Positions 6,685 through 12,751 of a stretch of DNA of 12,751 bases are shown piece after piece. The number at the start of each line of letters is the position of its first letter. Positions within the stretch are counted from its first letter, which is position 1. The position numbers and the translations under genes were made by a program. Below the pieces are notes generated by a model. It searched no databases. It saw only the letters and a list, made by a program, of their open reading frames with translations, and was not told the origin of the DNA. The stretch is from an archaeon (lineage in GTDB: Archaea; Asgardarchaeota; Thorarchaeia; Thorarchaeales; Thorarchaeaceae): the NCBI GenBank assembly GCA_024275415.1, contig JAJRZD010000057.1, positions 1 to 12,751 of the forward strand, given 5' to 3'.

Positions 6685-8232
6685 TTATCTCCTTTTTTTA
6701 AGGATGTACACGCCCAGAACAACGACAATTGCCACTGTTCCGACAAGCCCAAGAACCACAATGGGATCGAATACCAGTATCGGAGGGGTAGTGTCATCAG
6801 GGGGCGAGAATGTGTTCGGGATGATCGTGTTGAAAATGAACCGAGCAGAAGTCCATATGCCATCACTGTCCTCTGCATACACATCAAGAGTGTGTTCACC
6901 CTCGGGGCCCGGCAGCCCTGTGACCTCAGTCGTGTTTGGCCCGCCGTCCCACGAGAAGTACTTGGTCACCGGTTTCTCACTGAACAGGATAACTGGCACA
7001 GTCCCGATGGCCTTGGAGCTGGTATTGGCGATGATGCGGTCAACGATCTCCATTGGACCCTCATAGGGCAACACGTACTGTGCGTGTACAGATTCATCCG
7101 ATTTGATCACGGTGAAATTCACGCTATGAGCGCTTACAGTGGAAAGGACAAAGTGATAAATAGGATCGCTCCAAGGGCTATCATACGGTGGCGCCCCAAG
7201 TCCGCCGGTGATGATATGAACGACCCCGTTCACGGTGACTCTGCTATACGCGTGGTCATGTCCTGATGCGAAGAGCGTGACGTTCTTTTCCTCAAAGAGT
7301 TGCTGTAATGTGTTTCGTTCAGTAGTATTAATGTCCAGACCACTCCCGATATGACTTGTAGGATAAAGGGGTCTGTGTGCAAAGACGAACTTCATCTCGC
7401 CCGATGCAGTCGTCAGATCGCTAACCAACCAATCGTATTGTGTGCCTTGGATGTGTCCTTCTTTTCCCAACTCTTCAGAGTCAATGAATGTGAGGTGGGT
7501 GCCCGCATAGTCCAGTGAGAAATAGGTCTTGTTCTCGCCAGAGTTCATGAAAGCATCAAGATAGTAACGCGGTTGATAGGCGCCGGATGAGGTTCCTGTG
7601 TCATGGTTGCCGATAGCACCAATGACGGGCGCATAATGCCCAATCCTATCGATAATGTCAGTGAACTTTTTCCACGCTACCAAGTTGTTCTCGTGAGAAC
7701 TGGTCACCTCATATACATAATCGCCAGTCAGCACGACCAAGTGGGGTTCTTTAGCAATGATCAGGTCTGCAATGTCAGAGAACATCTGCGGCTGGTTTGG
7801 GGCATCAGAGCTGCTAGGTCGGTTGTCGCCTGCGATAACAAGACGGAACTCCTCGCCGTCCGCAGGTGCAGTAAAGAAGTAGTACACTTCACTTTCCAAC
7901 GTGCCTGACTTGACCTTGTAGTAATACTTCGTATTGATGTCAAGAGAGGACAAAGTGATGGTGTGGTTGACCACCGTTGTGGCACTGGTGACGCTCTCCA
8001 AAAGGCTTGTATTCTTTCCGTAGAACACTGCGGAATCTTCTGGCGAGGCGGTTCTCCAGAAAATGGTCGCAGAATCGTTCGATACCAGATTGACTGTCGG
8101 TCCGCGTTCGAACACAGAAGCGGCAGATTCCAAATACACTGGTGCGGATTCACCATGTGGAACAACAGATATGGCAAGCAGAGGAGCACTCAGTAGTGCG
8201 AGTATAATGATTGTGGATAGTATGTTTCGCAT
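6685..8232 (-). CDS. Secreted, C-terminally membrane-anchored purple-acid-phosphatase-like metallophosphoesterase (FN3-like N-domain, catalytic domain, Ig-like domain, TM), 515 aa
   Basis: Signal-like N-terminus MRNILSTIIILALLSAPLLA; PAP-N-like segment (TIFWRT...HTITLSSL...YYYKV); metal motifs AGDNR, GDYVY (GDxxY), GNHD, FAHRP, GHDH; GEHTLDVYAED Ig-like motif; C-terminal TM followed by KKRR. The track's 72-aa extension from 8448 overlaps the divergent gene and is rejected. Confidence 0.92.
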   Translation of the reverse strand: MRNILSTIIILALLSAPLLAISVVPHGESAPVYLESAASVFERGPTVNLVSNDSATIFWRTASPEDSAVFYGKNTSLLESVTSATTVVNHTITLSSLDINTKYYYKVKSGTLESEVYYFFTAPADGEEFRLVIAGDNRPSSSDAPNQPQMFSDIADLIIAKEPHLVVLTGDYVYEVTSSHENNLVAWKKFTDIIDRIGHYAPVIGAIGNHDTGTSSGAYQPRYYLDAFMNSGENKTYFSLDYAGTHLTFIDSEELGKEGHIQGTQYDWLVSDLTTASGEMKFVFAHRPLYPTSHIGSGLDINTTERNTLQQLFEEKNVTLFASGHDHAYSRVTVNGVVHIITGGLGAPPYDSPWSDPIYHFVLSTVSAHSVNFTVIKSDESVHAQYVLPYEGPMEIVDRIIANTSSKAIGTVPVILFSEKPVTKYFSWDGGPNTTEVTGLPGPEGEHTLDVYAEDSDGIWTSARFIFNTIIPNTFSPPDDTTPPILVFDPIVVLGLVGTVAIVVVLGVYILKKRR

Positions 8233-8320
8233 GAGCAGACTTCCTTTAATGTCATTACGAGTAACTGGTTCATACAACTTCGTTCCGTAATAGTTTTGTG
8301 CAATGTTTGACCATGCTAGC

Positions 8321-9241
8321 ATGGTGGTTGATGTGTACGTCAAGATTAGGAGTGATGGAGCCATCGGAATAGGTCGAGGCACAGAAGGGGCCAATGAGAT
8401 CACCATTGGATATGGTGAGGCCCATATGATAGCTGCAGCACTCGACAAGTTGGCTCAAACAGCTCGAAGTTACAAGCAGGCCTACAAGAAGACAACGAAT
8501 ATCGGGAAAGGAAACAGGATAGATTTTGAGCGCGCCGAGGATGGGTCGATTCTCATAGCTGGAGACGGACAGAAGTACATCTGTAGTGAGCGAGAGATTC
8601 GAGAACTGTCAGAGGCCCTTAAACATCTACCACCTGTAGAAGTCGCCCCACCTTCAGATTATGTGAACAAGACGAAACCAAACCAAGGAATCTGCCTTGT
8701 TGTCCAGAATGGAGGGAACAGCCTTCCCATTATGCTACACGAGGCTGCCCTGCTTAAGACTGCGGTCGAGTCTAGTATCGATAGCAGGTTCTATCAGGAA
8801 CAGATTCGAATTGGAAGTCGAACATTGGGAGTCCAGCGGAGCAGTGACATCAAATGGAGAGTCCTTTCGTCGGACAAAGAGGTCAAATTCACTGCATTTG
8901 AGATAGAAGCACTTGTACAAGGGCTCCACAACGGCATCTTGGATGTCCTCATGGATCTTGTGAAGTCCTTTGGAAACGATTCGCTGGCCAACATTCGCGT
9001 CAAGAGTCATATCCAACGGGTAGAGCGAGAGGTTGCAAAACTCTTCGAAGAGGACAAGAGCGGGAGAGGGATCATCAAGCCCATCCTCAAATCCACCAAG
9101 AAAATCTTGGGGACAGGCGAAGATGCAGACGCAAGAACTCTGGAGTTCATCGAATTGTGCAAGTCAGTGCATTCTGAGGTGAACCCGAAATACCACGAAA
9201 CGATATTCACGCTATTCTCTTCCGTCTTTGTCCCAGAGTAA
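8321..9241 (+). CDS. Hypothetical protein with four internal beta-beta-beta-alpha repeats and a helical C-terminal domain, about 306 aa
   Basis: Long ORF with protein-like composition; a fourfold motif phi-x-phi-x3-E-[AI]-x2-[IL]-x2-[AG]-[LV] is seen directly (see findings). Start ATG 8321 (alternative 8303). Confidence 0.85.
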   Translation: MVVDVYVKIRSDGAIGIGRGTEGANEITIGYGEAHMIAAALDKLAQTARSYKQAYKKTTNIGKGNRIDFERAEDGSILIAGDGQKYICSEREIRELSEALKHLPPVEVAPPSDYVNKTKPNQGICLVVQNGGNSLPIMLHEAALLKTAVESSIDSRFYQEQIRIGSRTLGVQRSSDIKWRVLSSDKEVKFTAFEIEALVQGLHNGILDVLMDLVKSFGNDSLANIRVKSHIQRVEREVAKLFEEDKSGRGIIKPILKSTKKILGTGEDADARTLEFIELCKSVHSEVNPKYHETIFTLFSSVFVPE

Positions 9242-9253
9242 AAATAGAGGCGC

Positions 9254-10690
9254 TCATTCGAGGTCAAGCATTGGTGCCATCACCTTTGTAGACCACGGGT
9301 AGCGCTCGAGAATCTTTTTCATGAGACGCGAAACCTTTGCCTCCTCAGATGTCCCAGAATAGGCGAGAATGATGACCAGACCTCCTCTAGTCCGTTTCAT
9401 TTTCTGATACATCGTCTTACTGGTGTTTATCGTGTCACAGATGACCATGACCTCTGCCTGGGGAATGTCAAGGTCTCGTTCACCTACGGGAGACAATACG
9501 AGAACAGAAACAGAATCGTCCTCCCGAAACCTTCGGAGGACTTCCCCCTTGTCTTGTGTGCTGCCTGTTATTGTCAACACCGACATCCCAGCATTAGAGA
9601 GAACCTCTTCGATTTGAGATACCATTTCCAGATATGATGTCAGAACTAGCACTTTCTTATGGCTCTGAGCGATCTTCAGCACTCGCACAGTCTTTGCAGA
9701 GATATCGGGAAGGACTCGACGCATCTCTGAAACATTGAAGAACCGCTTTGCATAGGGATTGTAGAACATCCGGATGAACTGCTTTGGAGGCATCGCATAG
9801 ACATACTTGCGGAGCATGAGTAGACTGGAATATCTTCCTTTTAGTTCGTCCGAAACAGGAAGCCTTTCGAGCAAGAGGTGTATTCTACGAGCATCACCTT
9901 CAATGAGTTCCAAGTTGTCTTGCTCCCGAAGGGCCTGTGAAATCTCTTGTCGAGCATCGCGGATCAGTTCGTCCAAGACGATAGAGATCGAACGTATCCG
10001 CTGGTCGAACACGGTGTTCATGGTGATGAATGTCGGCTCCAGATAGGTTTCCACATCCGTCCCGTAGAGAGCGTCCATCGATATTACATGGGCATTAGGT
10101 ATGTATCTCAGCAACGTGTTCAGTTCCTTGCGGATCTCCAATTGCTCCTTTGTGAAGACGGCATGGTCGTCCCTGAGTGTGCCACTCATACCGATTATCC
10201 ACTTTTTCTTGAAGACATGGAGAATGGTTGGCCACGGGAATATCAGATTGGTGCGGCCAGCACCTCTTCGAACGATTGTGTCTACCTCATTGATTAGAAG
10301 CACATCAAATGAATCAAACAATGAGAGATTCTTTCGTGCCAAGGAGTCAATCACCTGCGGAGTAGCGACAATGACACGTTTATTCTTCAGGATGTTGGAT
10401 CGCCAGCCAGAAGGAATTCGTGAAGAAACCTCTCCAAGTTCCTCATCCAACCCTTCGTATTCGTTCCGGAGGTAATCAACAGTTTCAGCCAATGATGAGG
10501 AAGAGTGTACGACGATGATGAACCGCTTGTCGGGAAACCGTTCCTTTACCAGTTGATGTGTAAGAAATCGTTTACCAAGCCCACAGTCCAGTTCTAGGAG
10601 CAGATTAGTTCCTTGTAGCTCTGAAATCTTCTCAAGAATGAATGTCTGGTATCCACGGGGTGTGTATTTTGGCTTGGAACTTGACATCAT
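9254..10690 (-). CDS. Hef/FANCM-like superfamily-2 helicase paralogue with degenerate ATPase motifs and no nuclease domain, 478 aa
   Basis: PRGYQ (Q motif), TNLLLELDCGLGKR (motif I), RVIVATPQVI (Ib), LLINEVD (II), IIGMSGT (III), KVLVLTSY (IV), VLVLSPVGERDLDIP (V), YQKMKRTRG (VI) and G-x-VIILAYSGT all run colinear with the archaeal Hef helicase domain. Confidence 0.88.
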   Translation of the reverse strand: MMSSSKPKYTPRGYQTFILEKISELQGTNLLLELDCGLGKRFLTHQLVKERFPDKRFIIVVHSSSSLAETVDYLRNEYEGLDEELGEVSSRIPSGWRSNILKNKRVIVATPQVIDSLARKNLSLFDSFDVLLINEVDTIVRRGAGRTNLIFPWPTILHVFKKKWIIGMSGTLRDDHAVFTKEQLEIRKELNTLLRYIPNAHVISMDALYGTDVETYLEPTFITMNTVFDQRIRSISIVLDELIRDARQEISQALREQDNLELIEGDARRIHLLLERLPVSDELKGRYSSLLMLRKYVYAMPPKQFIRMFYNPYAKRFFNVSEMRRVLPDISAKTVRVLKIAQSHKKVLVLTSYLEMVSQIEEVLSNAGMSVLTITGSTQDKGEVLRRFREDDSVSVLVLSPVGERDLDIPQAEVMVICDTINTSKTMYQKMKRTRGGLVIILAYSGTSEEAKVSRLMKKILERYPWSTKVMAPMLDLE

Positions 10691-10726
10691 ATCATCTCAT
10701 ATCGTGTTGGCTATTAAGAACTCGTA

Positions 10727-11122
10727 TCAGAATTGTTTGAACACTTTGGCTAGTGAGGGGCCTTTCACAGACATCTTGAACTCTGTGAAAACACCGTATT
10801 GGACAGTGTGGACTTCGTAGCCCCTCTCACGCAATCGATCCGCGACCTCAGCAATGAGAGCCTTAGCAAATCCAGGGTCGGACTTGCTGTCACTCAGATG
10901 AGCAAAGGGGTGGAGGACAATGGAGACCACTCCGTTCTTGTTGGCCAGCCACCTGATGTTCTTCACCGTTTTCCGTAACACGCTTGGCCTGTTGCTCTCA
11001 TCCTCCTGCTCTGAATGAATCCAAACAAGAATGGATTCACCGATATGGGTTCCAGTATCGGATGGGCTTGTTTCATGTATTCGATACCAGAACTCAGCAA
11101 CATGGAACAGCAAGAGCCGCAT
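10727..11122 (-). CDS. Stand-alone archaea-type threonyl-tRNA synthetase editing domain (DTD-like fold), 131 aa
   Basis: MRLLLFH.., ILVWIHSEQED, IVLHPFAHLS, RGYEV, YGVFTEFKMSVKG.SLA match the archaeal ThrRS N-terminal editing domain pattern (MRxLxxH; YPFAHLS; FGYYKxFxxxCKGHPLxE). ATG 11122 lies 19 nt after the upstream stop. Confidence 0.9.
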   Translation of the reverse strand: MRLLLFHVAEFWYRIHETSPSDTGTHIGESILVWIHSEQEDESNRPSVLRKTVKNIRWLANKNGVVSIVLHPFAHLSDSKSDPGFAKALIAEVADRLRERGYEVHTVQYGVFTEFKMSVKGPSLAKVFKQF

Positions 11123-11141
11123 TTTACTACGTCCAGTGTCT

Positions 11142-11990
11142 TTAGACCCTTTCACCCTCGGTCGGAGTGTACTCGGTCGTCCCGTTTATCAATGATTTCG
11201 AATCACCAATAGCAAGATCCTGTACGAGTGTCCGAGGAATCGCTTTCCCACGAACCCACAGCGAGTTAGGTGGTATGACTTTATCCTTGGGCACGACTGT
11301 ATTCGCACCGATGATCACATTGTCACCTATGTTAGCTCCGGGCAAAATCACTGCGTTCGCACCCACTGTGACGTTGTTCCCAAGGCGAACCGTCTTTAGA
11401 TAGAGCTGATCACCTTCATAGACATGACCGCTTAAGATAGCGTCATACCCGAAGAAACAGTTGTCGCCAATTATCGTCCTCTCGGGGTTGAACAAACGAC
11501 CGTTCCCAACAATAGTAGACCGCCCAATCTTCGCTCCAAAGACTTGATGTCGTGGCTTGGTGTCAAGGAATACAGAGAAGAACCATGCAAAGTACGGATA
11601 GAGCACGTAGTATATCTCATAGTACTCGTAGATGAGCATGTATTCCTCTACAGAGTGGTAGCCATCTTCAAGGAACGGGATCCCACGTCGTGATAGCAAA
11701 AACATTCCTAACAGAATCCCCAAGAAGAGTGCATAGCAGATGAACGTGATAGGGATGAGAAATAAGAGAAACCAGAACTTCTCGGTAGCGATCTGTGGCA
11801 TATATGACCCGAAGGTTGCGATGAACCATGCTTGGATGCTAGTGAAAGGCCATCCAACGCCCATGAGAAACACATCTAGGTTCTGGAACAAGTAGAGGAA
11901 GAAGAAGATCACTGGTATCGATGCGACTGTCAAACTTACGAGGATTGATAGGACCATATATGCGGAGTACGCTATGAGTTTTAGTTTCAT
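11142..11990 (-). CDS. Membrane protein with C-terminal left-handed beta-helix (hexapeptide-repeat) acyltransferase-like domain; resembles one C-terminal module of Pls/PosA-type NRPS-like enzymes
   Basis: Two to three N-terminal TM helices, then PFLEDGYH, FGAKIG, IIGDNCFFG, ILSGH, VRLGNNVTVGANAVILPGANIGDNVIIGANTVV...IPPNSLW. Confidence 0.85.
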   Translation of the reverse strand: MKLKLIAYSAYMVLSILVSLTVASIPVIFFFLYLFQNLDVFLMGVGWPFTSIQAWFIATFGSYMPQIATEKFWFLLFLIPITFICYALFLGILLGMFLLSRRGIPFLEDGYHSVEEYMLIYEYYEIYYVLYPYFAWFFSVFLDTKPRHQVFGAKIGRSTIVGNGRLFNPERTIIGDNCFFGYDAILSGHVYEGDQLYLKTVRLGNNVTVGANAVILPGANIGDNVIIGANTVVPKDKVIPPNSLWVRGKAIPRTLVQDLAIGDSKSLINGTTEYTPTEGERV

Positions 11991-12051
11991 AAGAACACAA
12001 CATCTGCGATGATACTTTTTTCCTGCAACACTAGGATTTGAACATTTTTGT

Positions 12052-12067
12052 TCGCCCGTAAGGGCGA
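12052..12067 (+). other. GNRA-capped hairpin TCGCCC-GTAA-GGGCGA in the divergent intergenic region
   Basis: Perfect 6-bp GC-rich stem with a GTAA tetraloop; function unknown. Confidence 0.45.
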
Positions 12068-12219
12068 GATTACAGCCGGGGTTTTACTGTATACGGGGCG
12101 TTCCTAATAGTTCGGTAGTAGGAATCCCTAAGAATATGCGAGTTCCATAAGGGAAACAGATATAGAGGGTATGCCGACTCGAAGCGAAACTGCAACGGTA
12201 CATAAAGGAAGACAATGCG

Positions 12220-12751
12220 ATGCCATTTGACGCGGATATTGCTATTGCTGGAACGGGTCCAGCAGGATTGATGACAGCCGAACAGGCTGCAGCACACGGT
12301 CTGAAGACCCTAGTGCTTGAGAAACGTGACAAGGTGACAGATTCGCTAATGGGAGAATTGGTCACTGACAAAGCATTGCGATTCCTAAGAGTAAGACCAG
12401 ACTCTGAATATGTGGGAAACAAATTCACAGCTATCATCGGAGAAAGCCTAGATACAGGATCAAACATTGTGGTAGATAGGACACTTCTGGGCAACTCGTA
12501 CCTTCTCGATGAGGATCTTTGTCAGGAGCTGATGCGTGACCGCGCAGTTGCAGAAGGAGCGGAGTTCAGATATAATGCTAGGGTTTCCTCTGTCATCAAG
12601 GAAGGAAAACAAGTAGTAGGGCTGCGATACAACCAAGGGGATGAAGTCCACGCCCCTCTTAGTGTAGGTGCTGATGGTTCTTTCAGCAGAGTTTCAGACA
12701 CGGCAGGATTTACCCATCCGAAGTGGCTCCTATCGTACGGATACAGGTTCA
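12220..12751 (+). CDS. Geranylgeranyl-reductase-family FAD-dependent oxidoreductase, 5' part (runs off the window end)
   Basis: Absent from the ORF track because it has no stop in the window. My translation from ATG 12220 is MPFDADIAIAGTGPAGLMTAEQAAAHGLKTLVLEKR...AVAEGAEFRYNARVSSV...VGADGSFSRV, with the GxGxxG FAD motif, LEK and the GADG motif; AAGGAAG lies 8 nt upstream. Confidence 0.88.
   Translation, partial: MPFDADIAIAGTGPAGLMTAEQAAAHGLKTLVLEKRDKVTDSLMGELVTDKALRFLRVRPDSEYVGNKFTAIIGESLDTGSNIVVDRTLLGNSYLLDEDLCQELMRDRAVAEGAEFRYNARVSSVIKEGKQVVGLRYNQGDEVHAPLSVGADGSFSRVSDTAGFTHPKWLLSYGYRF

Noticed and set aside
6682-8196. Long opposite-strand or alternative-frame ORFs (6682..7266, 6659..7066, 7603..7908, 7761..8189 and similar) as overlapping genes
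   Set aside because: Fully nested in a well-supported CDS with no motifs or RBS; typical shadow ORFs. The same applies to those inside the dehydrogenase, helicase and GGR genes.
8233-8448. 72-aa N-terminal extension of the phosphatase given by the ORF track (likewise extensions at 5141, 3718, 4279 and 11155)
   Set aside because: These overlap neighbouring genes or promoters; downstream ATGs fit better with the signal peptide, family N-termini or RBS spacing.
11590-11650. Tyr/Glu-rich low-complexity stretch (EEYMLIYEYYEIYYVLYPYF) as a DNA tandem repeat
   Set aside because: The nucleotide repeats are short and imperfect; better explained as an aromatic membrane-interface helix.
1-12751. CRISPR array, tRNA, IS element, integrase or selenoprotein (in-frame TGA) signals
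   Set aside because: No regularly spaced direct repeats, cloverleaf with T-loop consensus, transposase motifs or TGA-interrupted conserved ORFs were found by eye.

Overview
Gene-dense archaeal chromosomal window, most likely from an Asgard archaeon (Thorarchaeia-like). This is inferred from a single-domain gelsolin, an archaeal ThrRS editing domain, a Hef-type helicase paralogue, GGTGA-type ribosome-binding sites and TATA-type promoters. Gene order: Dam-like N6-adenine methyltransferase broken by one in-frame TAG (+); lipoate-protein ligase and AhpD/CMD-family CxxC protein (+); Zn-dependent MDR dehydrogenase (-); single-domain gelsolin (-); membrane-anchored Zn-ribbon protein (-); two divergent hypothetical genes; small beta-sandwich protein (+); membrane-anchored purple-acid-phosphatase-like enzyme (-); protein with four internal beta-beta-beta-alpha repeats (+); a three-gene minus-strand run (membrane left-handed-beta-helix acyltransferase-like protein, stand-alone ThrRS editing domain with altered pocket residues, Hef/FANCM-like helicase with degenerate ATPase motifs); and the 5' part of a geranylgeranyl-reductase-family flavoprotein (+). 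No rRNA, tRNA, CRISPR array, transposase or integrase was seen. All family calls come from motif recognition and by-eye comparison, not database searches. The best leads are the apparent pseudo-helicase, the four-repeat PC4/Whirly-like protein facing it, the altered tRNA-editing domain, the gelsolin and the amber-interrupted methyltransferase.
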